From contig CBEUCH010000007.1 of the NCBI GenBank assembly GCA_965541585.1, forward strand, positions 64,001-128,000: a stretch of DNA of 64,000 bases. The letters run 5' to 3'. The stretch is from an uncultured bacterium (lineage in GTDB: Bacteria; Zixibacteria; MSB-5A5; UBA10806). The notes under the pieces were generated by a model that was given only the letters and a program-made list of their open reading frames with translations, searched no databases and had not been told where the DNA came from. Made by a program: the position numbers and the translations under genes. Within the stretch, counting starts at the first letter, position 1, and every line of letters begins with the position of its first letter. Positions 30,903 to 39,351 of this stretch are shown piece by piece.

Positions 30903-31067
30903 GTAGGGGCGAGGTCACCTCGCCCCTAAAAGATGAATGGGCTGGGAGACGATGCCGCGGGGGTTTGATTAATCAAACCCCTACAATAAGACAGGAATCA
31001 AATAATACAGAATGAGTAGGTCGGGTTCCCTACGGGTCGTATGACCGAACGAAGTGAGAAACCCGAC
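30903..31067. repeat. Cluster of GTAG-type palindromes
   Basis: GTAGGGGCGAGGT-c-ACCTCGCCCCTA (30903), GGGGTTTGATTAATCAAACCCCTAC (to 30984), GTAGGTCGGGTT..AACCCGAC (31016-31067). Confidence 0.8.
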
Positions 31068-31073
31068 AAAAGA

Positions 31074-31191
<118 letters not shown>

Positions 31192-31198
31192 GTGAACT

Positions 31199-31900
31199 AT
31201 GGATAATTGCCGATTATGTAGGAAAGAACGCGAACTATGTGATTCACATATAATTCCCGAATTTATGTATTCATCGCTTTATGATGAAAATCATAAGTTT
31301 AATCAACTTACAAAGGATCGAATTATTCCTAGGCCTTTAGGGATATATGAAAAAATGTTATGTGAAGTCTGTGAAGGAAAACTCAACTTCTATGAGACTT
31401 ATGTAAAAGAAGTATTGTATGGTGGAACCGAATTAGTTATTCGAGAATATAAAAGCCATACGTCTTTTCTAAATATTGATTATAATAGGCTTAAGTTATT
31501 CCATATGAGTATATTGTGGAGGGCCGGAGTGACCGGGCGAGAGGAATTTTCGGATGTTGAGTTAGGGCAAAAGCATGAGGAAAAACTCAGAGCGATGATC
31601 AATAATGATAATCCGGGTAAGCCATATGAATATCCTTGTATAATCATGTATAATATAAACAGCACTCCTGAGATAAATCAAGGTTTAGTCACAAATCTCC
31701 ATAAATCGCTCAGGTACGAGGGTCATATGGCATATAAAGTCTTTATGGCTGGTTGTATTTGGGGTTTCCTTGTGTCCTCACATACAAATAGAATTGATAA
31801 CACAAGACACCTGTGGTTAGACAATAGGGGTTTAATAATACACAAAATCTCGGTAAGCCAAGAAAAGTTTCTACAAAATTTAATAAGTAAATTGGAATAA
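31199..31900 (+). CDS. Hypothetical HNH-like zinc-binding nuclease
   Basis: CRLC..SHIIP..LCEVCE pattern; very AT-rich. Confidence 0.55.
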   Translation: MDNCRLCRKERELCDSHIIPEFMYSSLYDENHKFNQLTKDRIIPRPLGIYEKMLCEVCEGKLNFYETYVKEVLYGGTELVIREYKSHTSFLNIDYNRLKLFHMSILWRAGVTGREEFSDVELGQKHEEKLRAMINNDNPGKPYEYPCIIMYNINSTPEINQGLVTNLHKSLRYEGHMAYKVFMAGCIWGFLVSSHTNRIDNTRHLWLDNRGLIIHKISVSQEKFLQNLISKLE

Positions 31901-31912
31901 GGGAGAATACAC

Positions 31913-33226
31913 GTGGCCAAAAAAAAATCGATAGACCCTCTAATGGATAAGCTGGTATCGCTCTGCAAGCGGCGGGGATTCGTATTTCAATCATCGGAGA
32001 TATACGGCGGGCTTGGTTCCTGCTGGGACTATGGCCCCCTCGGCGTGGAGTTGAAGAATAATGTCAAGCGTTCCTGGTGGGAGGCCATGACTCATCGCCG
32101 CGATGATATAGAGGGGATCGATGCCGCCATACTCATGCACCCCAAGGTCTGGGAGGCCTCGGGACATATCGAAGGTTTTACCGATCCGATGGTGGACTGC
32201 AAGCAGTGCAAACATCGTTTCCGCGCCGACGAGATCACAAAAGATCAATGCCCTGATTGCGGCGGGGAGTTAACCGAGCCGCGCATGTTCAACCTGATGT
32301 TTAAAACCTTCATGGGGCCGGTGGAGGAGGATGCTGCGGTGGTCTTTATGCGGCCGGAAACCGCACAGGGTATCTATGTCAATTTCCATAACGTCCTGCA
32401 GCCGTCGCGGCAGAAGCTGCCGTTCGGTATTGCGCAGATCGGCAAGGCCTTCAGAAACGAGATCACGCCCGGTAACTTCATCTTCCGCACCCGCGAGTTC
32501 GAGCAGATGGAGATGCAGTTTTTCGTGCACCCGTCGGAGGATGCCAAATGGTTCGACTACTGGAAAGATCAGCGCTGGGATTGGTATCTCGAACTGGGTA
32601 TCCGCAAGGAGAAGCTTCGCTGGCACGAGCATGCAAAAGACGAGCTCGCTCATTATGCCAAAACCGCCTTCGATATCGAATATGAATTCTCATTCGGCTG
32701 GAAGGAGATCGAGGGTGTTCATAATCGCACCGATTTCGACCTCTCCCGCCATGCGGAGTCCTCGGGCAAGGATCTGCGCTACTTCGATCAAGCGCGCAAC
32801 GAAAAATATCTCCCTTATATTATAGAGACCTCCGCCGGCGCCGACCGCACCACGCTTGTCGTCCTGGTTGACGCCTACCATGAAGAAGAGGTCAAGGGCG
32901 AAAAGAGGGTGGTTCTGAGGCTTTCGCCGAAGATCGCCCCTATAAATGCCGCCGTTTTTCCCCTCGTGAACAAAGAGGGGATGCCTGAGGTGGCCGAGAA
33001 AATTTATCACGACCTGAAAGAACATTTCAAGGTTTTCTACGATGGCGGCGGTGCGGTGGGGCGACGTTACCGCCGCATGGACGAGGCCGGCACACCGTTC
33101 TGCATCACCGTTGACGGCCAAACCCTCGAGGACGACACCGTCACCGTCCGCGAACGCGACACCATGGAGCAGATCCGGCATAAGATTGGGGAACTGGTGG
33201 AGGTGATTGGGGAGAAGGTGAATTGA
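31913..33226 (+). CDS. glyQS: Glycine--tRNA ligase (alpha2 type)
   Basis: [45 protein letters not shown]. Confidence 0.96.
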   Translation: MAKKKSIDPLMDKLVSLCKRRGFVFQSSEIYGGLGSCWDYGPLGVELKNNVKRSWWEAMTHRRDDIEGIDAAILMHPKVWEASGHIEGFTDPMVDCKQCKHRFRADEITKDQCPDCGGELTEPRMFNLMFKTFMGPVEEDAAVVFMRPETAQGIYVNFHNVLQPSRQKLPFGIAQIGKAFRNEITPGNFIFRTREFEQMEMQFFVHPSEDAKWFDYWKDQRWDWYLELGIRKEKLRWHEHAKDELAHYAKTAFDIEYEFSFGWKEIEGVHNRTDFDLSRHAESSGKDLRYFDQARNEKYLPYIIETSAGADRTTLVVLVDAYHEEEVKGEKRVVLRLSPKIAPINAAVFPLVNKEGMPEVAEKIYHDLKEHFKVFYDGGGAVGRRYRRMDEAGTPFCITVDGQTLEDDTVTVRERDTMEQIRHKIGELVEVIGEKVN

Positions 33227-33298
33227 CCGTGCTCGCAGTTAATGTAGGCGTGTATCGCATTTGCTTCCGGGTTCAAGTATGAAAATTTGGGCAAATCC

Positions 33299-34267
33299 AT
33301 GAAATGGCACCTGACGGAAGATGAAATAGCAAAAACCCAGAAAGGCGATGAAAATGAATTTCGCCATTTCTTCGACGAAAGGGGATATTGCCCGTTGAAA
33401 TTGGATGATGGATCGATAGGAAAAGCGCCTGATTACTCGTTAACCAACAATGGCCAAAGGGTAGTTGCTGAAATTAAGAGTAGATTCGGAGATCAAGAAT
33501 ACGAAAAAATATACTCAGAAATCGTAAGACGGATTAATGAACTCCCTTTTGGGTATGAATATTACTTCACGCATCTTTATGATAAAATGCCTTCCAATGA
33601 CGAATTTGATACACTTATTGCCCAGGTAAGCGAACGATTCAGAGCATTGACCAATAAAATTGAGCTTCCTTGGGATTTGTCGCAAGGATTATGGGAATAT
33701 GAAGAGACGCTAACTGATTTAGGGCGTGCAGAACCTATGTCCGAAATTGAAAAGACCTTTATTACACTATCTGGCAAAACCGCAAACGGGAAAATGCATT
33801 GTGACACATTGAGTAGAAGTCATCAAGGTTACCCCGGCTTGGGAGATAAGAGATATTTTGAAAAGCGATTTCGTGAGTCAAAGAAACAACTTAAAGAGTA
33901 TATAGAATACAATGAGATTGTGGGAATAATATTTTTTAATCATTCAGACGTGACTTGGAGATTATTTGACGTAATGGCATTATTTGGAGATTTAGACATT
34001 CAATTCAACCATGGCTCTCAAGTCGATACTTGGCTTATCAAATCTGGGAAAAACAAGATCATTGGAATAGAAAAGAAAACATGGCTAAGCTATTTCGGAT
34101 TTTGCGGATGTAATGAAGATGGCTCTTTTCTTACAATTTATCGAAATGGATTCGCTAAACATGAGGTTCCCAAGGTTTATTTTCCAGAGCCTGAATGTAA
34201 AACATATACAATAGGTCCGTTTGATGAAAATGGGCGTTTCATTACTGATATTCCGTTTTTGCAATAG
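33299..34267 (+). CDS. Hypothetical protein, possible PD-(D/E)xK nuclease fold
   Basis: APDY...VAEIKS motif; AT-rich accessory gene. Confidence 0.45.
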   Translation: MKWHLTEDEIAKTQKGDENEFRHFFDERGYCPLKLDDGSIGKAPDYSLTNNGQRVVAEIKSRFGDQEYEKIYSEIVRRINELPFGYEYYFTHLYDKMPSNDEFDTLIAQVSERFRALTNKIELPWDLSQGLWEYEETLTDLGRAEPMSEIEKTFITLSGKTANGKMHCDTLSRSHQGYPGLGDKRYFEKRFRESKKQLKEYIEYNEIVGIIFFNHSDVTWRLFDVMALFGDLDIQFNHGSQVDTWLIKSGKNKIIGIEKKTWLSYFGFCGCNEDGSFLTIYRNGFAKHEVPKVYFPEPECKTYTIGPFDENGRFITDIPFLQ

Positions 34268-34329
34268 CGAGTAGCTGAGGTTCCGAACGTTGTGAGCGGA
34301 CGAAGATCTTTATAAACCGGACACAATTC

Positions 34330-34478
34330 TGGATACCGGATTCCTACGGCCATACGGCCCGTAGGGATCCGTATGGACAAGTCCGGCATGACAGGAAAAA
34401 GGCCAAGGAAGTGGATGCCGGATCAAGTCCGGCATGACAGGGGTAGAGGGCTGTCATTCCTGCGGAAGCAGGAATCCA
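34330..34478. repeat. Left palindrome array of the GIY-YIG element
   Basis: Interrupted TGGAT..ATGACA copy (34330-34393), intact copy (34412-34439), inverted TGTCATTCCTGCggaaGCAGGAATCCA (34452-34478). Confidence 0.8.
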
Positions 34479-34494
34479 CGCGCGAGCCAATAGG

Positions 34495-34779
34495 ATGAAA
34501 ACGTATTATGTCTATATTATGGCAAGTCAAAAACATGGAACCCTATATATAGGTGTTACCAGCGATCTTAAGAAAAGAGTCTATGAACACAAAAACGACC
34601 TGATCGATGGTTTTACCAAGAAATATCAGGTGCATAGCTTGGTATATTGCGAGGCGGCCGACGATGTCAACGCGGCGATAATTCGAGAGAAGCAACTCAA
34701 GAGATGGAAACGGCAATGGAAGATCGAGTTGATCGAGAAAGAAAATCCGGACTGGCGAGATCTCTATGAAGACCTGTGA
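34495..34779 (+). CDS. Small GIY-YIG nuclease family protein
   Basis: YYVYIMAS..GTLYIGVTSDL..RVYEH..GFT..REKQLKRWKRQWKIELIE..NPDWRDL. Confidence 0.92.
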   Translation: MKTYYVYIMASQKHGTLYIGVTSDLKKRVYEHKNDLIDGFTKKYQVHSLVYCEAADDVNAAIIREKQLKRWKRQWKIELIEKENPDWRDLYEDL

Positions 34780-34803
34780 TTATTGCGCCCAATGGCTAGC
34801 TTA

Positions 34804-34914
34804 TGGATACCGCATCGAGTGCGGTATGACAAGGAGATGGCCAGGCTTCATGGATGCCGGATTCCTACGGCCATACGGCCCGTAGGGATCTGTAGGACGG
34901 GGATCTAGAATGAC
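34804..34914. repeat. Right palindrome array of the GIY-YIG element
   Basis: TGGATACCGCAtcgagTGCGGTATGACA (34804-34831); 34851-34890 matches 34330-34369 at 39/40 nt. Confidence 0.8.
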
Positions 34915-34928
34915 GAGACAAATATAAG

Positions 34929-34957
34929 CAAAAGGGGCTGAACATTGTTCAGCCCCT
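34929..34957 (-). terminator. Intrinsic terminator for the minus-strand gene
   Basis: AGGGGCTGAACA/TGTTCAGCCCCT inverted repeat preceded by an A run (T run on minus strand). Confidence 0.65.
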
Positions 34958-34984
34958 GCAGATACCGTTACTATTTTTTGCGGA

Positions 34985-35314
34985 TCAGTTTATTGACCGC
35001 CGGTGTATCACTCTTAATGCTCTTAGTACCATATGCTCGGCTCGCTGGGCGTGATTGAACGCCGCCCGGCAATGATCGCCGCGATAGGCCCTGTTGGCGG
35101 CATGGATTTCATCGATAGCTGAATGGAGCAGGCTTATGGCACGCTCATTCCCTGACCTCAGGATTCTGGGAGTTGCCCGCTCGATCAATCCCTCGACCCT
35201 GTCAATGTAGGCTCCGACCCTCGGGCAATCCTCCGTTGGGATGGCGATTGTCTCAAGCGGCATTAGAACAAAAAGCAGGGCGAATACTATGATTGACGAA
35301 ATTACGATTCTCAT
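34985..35314 (-). CDS. Hypothetical exported helical protein
   Basis: Signal peptide-like N-terminus, GGAGG SD on minus strand, two Cys. Confidence 0.65.
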   Translation of the reverse strand: MRIVISSIIVFALLFVLMPLETIAIPTEDCPRVGAYIDRVEGLIERATPRILRSGNERAISLLHSAIDEIHAANRAYRGDHCRAAFNHAQRAEHMVLRALRVIHRRSIN

Positions 35315-35455
35315 CAGTACCTCCGGAGTTCAGCTATCCTGCAAATTGGACACATCTTCTTCATAAACGTTTAACTATATAATGGATCTATCAGGTAAAT
35401 ACCAGCGATATTTGATCGAGACGCAAAGAGATAGATCCATGATATCGGTTTTAGC

Positions 35456-35484
35456 TTGACGGGGGGGGGACTGTCGGTCATATT
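35456..35484 (+). promoter_or_regulatory. Putative sigma70 promoter with a G9 tract in the spacer
   Basis: TTGACG-17 nt-CATATT; G run 35461-35469. Confidence 0.4.
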
Positions 35485-35545
35485 CAGGATGTCATAATCA
35501 CTTGTTGAGCAGGGAATCCAACTTCACCGATTAAGAGGAGGAAAC

Positions 35546-35590
35546 ATGAGCGCAACTGAGACTTATCAGGGCGTTCTTTCACCGAGATGA
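35546..35590 (+). CDS. 14-aa upstream ORF MSATETYQGVLSPR
   Basis: Strong SD AAGAGGAGG; its TGA overlaps the next ATG (ATGA). Confidence 0.45.
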   Translation: MSATETYQGVLSPR

Positions 35591-35940
35591 GAAAAACCAT
35601 ATTTACAATTGCGATTCTCATGGGCGGCTGGATGATATTAGACGGCCTTCATGTACTGATTTTCGGTAATTATATCGGCTCCCGTAAACCCGGGCCCTGG
35701 GCCGGCATTGTTTCCGCTATCGGCCTCGATCCCATGAGGTTCGGATTGGTGTTCGTGGCTTTCGGCATCGACTGGATTGTCGGCGGGATCGGAGTCATCA
35801 AGGACCGACGGTGGGGATATAATCTAACGATAATCATAGCCGTGCTATCGCTCTGGTATCTCACCATCGGTACTCTGCTGGCGGTTCTGGCCATCGTATT
35901 GATCATAGTTCATCTGTCCAGGAAACAGCCCGCCGCCTGA
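35587..35940 (+). CDS. Hypothetical membrane protein
   Basis: Three to four TM helices, GPWA motif. Confidence 0.65.
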   Translation: MRKTIFTIAILMGGWMILDGLHVLIFGNYIGSRKPGPWAGIVSAIGLDPMRFGLVFVAFGIDWIVGGIGVIKDRRWGYNLTIIIAVLSLWYLTIGTLLAVLAIVLIIVHLSRKQPAA

Positions 35941-36064
35941 ATATTGCGGCAAAAACTTAAGGCATATGTGCCGGTCATAAGTTTTTCCGATTTTTGACCG
36001 ATTACTAATAATATTACATATATTTATGTTTGATTTTTGTCTTTGATGATTTATTGGAGAAGAT

Positions 36065-37066
36065 ATGCCGGAATTCAGACAAAATATGGCAACCAAGGAA
36101 TGGGTGGTCGTATCGCCCGATAGGGGGAAAAAGCCATCGGATTTTTCAAAGGGATCCGAAAAAAAAGAGCAGCCCCCGCACTTCAAGAAGGATTGCCCTT
36201 TCTGCCCCGGCAACGAGGACCGCACGCCAGAAGAAATTTATCGCAGCCCTGAGGAGGGCAATTGGCAAACCAGGGTGGTGCCGAATAAATTTGCCGCCCT
36301 GCAGCCGGATCTTGCCACCACTCGAAGTTACGTGGGGTCATTCCTGGCCGCCAAGGGCTTTGGCATAGCCGAGGTCGTGATCGAATCACCGGAACATCAC
36401 AAGACCATCGCCCTGATGCAAATGAGCGAGGTCTCCGCCGTGCTGACCGCCTACCGTCAGCGTTATGTGGCTATTGCTAAAAACCCCGATATCAACCTGA
36501 TAACCATCTTTCGCAATCATGGTGCCCGGGCGGGCACGTCCCTGGAGCACCCTCATTCCCAGATTATCGCCACCCCCATCGTTCCGCCGCACGTCAGGTA
36601 TCCCATCGAGCAATCGATACAACATTATGACCATCTCGGAAAATGCGTGCACTGCGATATAATCGAGGAGGAACGACGGCAAAAGGAACGGCTCATCATA
36701 GACACCGATAATTTTCTTGCCTTCTGCCCGTTCGCCGCCCGGACCCCGTTCGAGACGAGGATCTATCCCAAGCGGCACATGCCGGATTTTTCATCGATCG
36801 ACAGTGAGGAAATCGAAGAGCTGGCCTGGGTGTTAAGAAACCTGCTTTTGAAAATCTACAACTGCCTTGGCAATCCGGACTACAATTATGTAATTCGATC
36901 CGCGCCGATCGGCGATGAGGATACCCGCTACCTGCACTGGTATATGGTCATCATTCCAAAGATAACCACACCGGCAGGATTCGAGATCGGTTCCGGGATA
37001 TATATAAACAGCGTGGCGCCGGAAGACTCGGCCAGGTATTTGAGGGAGACAAGCACGGATTCTTAA
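36065..37066 (+). CDS. galT: Galactose-1-phosphate uridylyltransferase family
   Basis: CPFCPGNE, VVPNKF, AGTSLEHPHSQ (HPH), AGFEIGSG. Confidence 0.88.
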   Translation: MPEFRQNMATKEWVVVSPDRGKKPSDFSKGSEKKEQPPHFKKDCPFCPGNEDRTPEEIYRSPEEGNWQTRVVPNKFAALQPDLATTRSYVGSFLAAKGFGIAEVVIESPEHHKTIALMQMSEVSAVLTAYRQRYVAIAKNPDINLITIFRNHGARAGTSLEHPHSQIIATPIVPPHVRYPIEQSIQHYDHLGKCVHCDIIEEERRQKERLIIDTDNFLAFCPFAARTPFETRIYPKRHMPDFSSIDSEEIEELAWVLRNLLLKIYNCLGNPDYNYVIRSAPIGDEDTRYLHWYMVIIPKITTPAGFEIGSGIYINSVAPEDSARYLRETSTDS

Positions 37067-37165
37067 CGGTTTTGACTTTCAAACTTCTCCGACATTCAGA
37101 ATATCTCAGCGATCTACTGGCTATAAACGACCGGAAGACCCGGTCGAGCTAGATATAAAAACAGT

Positions 37166-37194
37166 TTGCCTGCCATTGACGCATCGTTTATAAT
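37166..37194 (+). promoter_or_regulatory. sigma70 promoter for the yggS-ileS operon
   Basis: TTGCCT-17 nt-TATAAT, 10 nt before ATG 37205. Confidence 0.55.
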
Positions 37195-37204
37195 TACCGG
37201 TCTA

Positions 37205-37900
37205 ATGGATAAGAGACGGATCGCCGCCAACCTTGAGGAGGTGAAGGCCAGAGTAGAAAGTCGTTGTCTGGCGAACGGGGTCGATCCATCCCGGGTGAAA
37301 ATAGTCGGGATTACCAAGATGTTTACGGCTGAAACGGCCATGGAGGGGATCAAAGCGGGCCTGACGGATCTGGGCGAGAACAGGGTACAGGAGGCCGCAA
37401 AGAAAATACCGCTGGTCATTCCCCGACCGAGGTGGCACCTCGTGGGCCATTTGCAGAAAAACAAGGTGAGGAAAGCGGTTGAGGTTTTCGATATTATCGA
37501 GTCTGTTGATAGTGTAGAACTGGCGCAAATGATTTCGATGCGGGCCTGCGAAGTGGGGAAAAAGATGGAGACCTATCTACAGGTGAATTCTTCATACGAA
37601 ACATCAAAGCACGGAATTGACCCGGGAGAAATTTCCGATCTTGCCGATAAGATAAACGAACTGCCGGGTTTGATAGTAAGCGGACTCATGACAATCGGGC
37701 CCCTGACAGACGATCTGGATTTGATTAAGAAGGCTTTTGCGATGACTAAAGATCTTTTTGATAAGCTAAAAGCCAGAATGGGTGGTGGATTCGAGGTACT
37801 ATCAATGGGTATGTCCGGTGACTTCGAACTGGCACTCGATTACGGCGCAAGTGAATTGAGAATAGGCACAGCCATATTCGGCCCCAGGTCGAAGGCGTAA
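37205..37900 (+). CDS. yggS: YggS family PLP homeostasis protein
   Basis: GENRVQE, WHLVGHLQKNK, GLMTI, LSMGMSGDF, RIGTAIFG. Confidence 0.93.
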   Translation: MDKRRIAANLEEVKARVESRCLANGVDPSRVKIVGITKMFTAETAMEGIKAGLTDLGENRVQEAAKKIPLVIPRPRWHLVGHLQKNKVRKAVEVFDIIESVDSVELAQMISMRACEVGKKMETYLQVNSSYETSKHGIDPGEISDLADKINELPGLIVSGLMTIGPLTDDLDLIKKAFAMTKDLFDKLKARMGGGFEVLSMGMSGDFELALDYGASELRIGTAIFGPRSKA

Positions 37901-37913
37901 GAAAGGAGGAGCG

Positions 37914-38522
37914 ATGAAGATAACTCCTCTCGAGATTAAAAAGCAGGAGTTCGGCAGGGTATTCAGAGGTTATTCGCCGGAGGATGTTCATTCGTACCTT
38001 GAAATGGTAGCCGGGGAATTAGAGGATGCCCTTAAAAAGAATCTCGAACTCGAGGAGAGCCTCTCCTCTCTGAAGGAGAAGCTCACCAATTACACCAGGA
38101 TTGAAAACGTCCTGCAGGATACCCTGATGACAACCCAGAAATCGGCCGAGGAGATCAAGAGTGCAGCTGAACAGAAAGCGAAATCGATCACCGATGGAGC
38201 CCGGGTCAAAGCCGACCGTATCCTGGTTGACACCAACGAGCGGCTTCTGGAAATCCAGAGAGATATCGCAGATCTGAAACATCAGCGCGCGGCCTTTACA
38301 ATCAGTTTTAAATCTCTGCTGGAAACTCAGCGGGCGCTCCTTGAAAATATCGATAAAGGGGCCGGGGGCAAAGGGGATTATTCCCCTGTCAAAATGAAGG
38401 CCGACCTGAACGAAGATGAGCTCGAAAAAGTGGTGGGAGAGTTCGAGGAACAGCTTTCTCATAGCGAGGCGAGAGATGAAAGCGGGGATGATAAAGGTCC
38501 GCCGGCTGAAGGGGACAATTGA
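37914..38522 (+). CDS. divIVA: DivIVA domain protein
   Basis: ITPLEIKKQEF..FRGY..V plus coiled coil. Confidence 0.88.
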   Translation: MKITPLEIKKQEFGRVFRGYSPEDVHSYLEMVAGELEDALKKNLELEESLSSLKEKLTNYTRIENVLQDTLMTTQKSAEEIKSAAEQKAKSITDGARVKADRILVDTNERLLEIQRDIADLKHQRAAFTISFKSLLETQRALLENIDKGAGGKGDYSPVKMKADLNEDELEKVVGEFEEQLSHSEARDESGDDKGPPAEGDN

Positions 38523-39349
38523 TGAATTTGAAATCTGAGATCAAGGACGCTGTAGATTTTATTAGAACACAAACCGATGCGACTCCGGCGATCGGTATCA
38601 TTCTGGGCACCGGTCTGGGAGCACTGGCGGACGAGATAAAAAAAGACACATCGATTTCGTACGATAAGATTCCTCATTTTCCCGTGAGCACGGTGGAATC
38701 GCACGCCGGACGTTTTCTTTTCGGGAAATTGGGCGGTAAAGACGTTATCGCGATGCAGGGTAGATTTCATTATTATGAAGGCTATGATCTCGGGCAGGTG
38801 ACGTTCCCGGTCAGAGTTATGAAGGAGATAGGGGTGAAAATACTCATCGTCTCCAACGCCGCCGGAGGCTTAAACCCGCAGTTTGAAATCGGCGATCTGG
38901 TCATGATAACAGATCATATCAATTTTCAGGTTGTCAATCCTCTGACAGGCCCTAACGATGAGAACCTCGGCCCCCGTTTTCCGGATATGTACAACTGCTA
39001 TGACCGCGAGCTACGGGATCTGGCCGAGCAGACGGCAATCGATGAGAAGGTTCCATTGAGAAAAGGTGTCTATGTCGGCGTGACAGGTCCAAATCTCGAG
39101 ACCGCTGCGGAATATCGTTTCCTGAGGATTATAGGTGGAGATCTTGTGGGAATGTCCACGGTGCCGGAGGTGATAGTGGCCCGCCATCAGGGGACCAGGG
39201 TACTGGGCTTTTCGCTGGCTACGGACATGGGGCTGCCGGATGCGATGGAACCGTGCAGTCATGAAAAGATAATCGCCGCCGCGGCGAAGGCTGAGCCGAA
39301 GCTGACCAAACTGGTGAAGAAAACCGTTGAAAGGATTTCGATCAAATAG
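38522..39349 (+). CDS. punA: Purine-nucleoside phosphorylase (trimeric type)
   Basis: ILGTGLG, QGRFHYYEG, SNAAGG, GPNLETAAE, VGMSTVPE. Confidence 0.92.
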   Translation: MNLKSEIKDAVDFIRTQTDATPAIGIILGTGLGALADEIKKDTSISYDKIPHFPVSTVESHAGRFLFGKLGGKDVIAMQGRFHYYEGYDLGQVTFPVRVMKEIGVKILIVSNAAGGLNPQFEIGDLVMITDHINFQVVNPLTGPNDENLGPRFPDMYNCYDRELRDLAEQTAIDEKVPLRKGVYVGVTGPNLETAAEYRFLRIIGGDLVGMSTVPEVIVARHQGTRVLGFSLATDMGLPDAMEPCSHEKIIAAAAKAEPKLTKLVKKTVERISIK

Positions 39350-39351
39350 TC

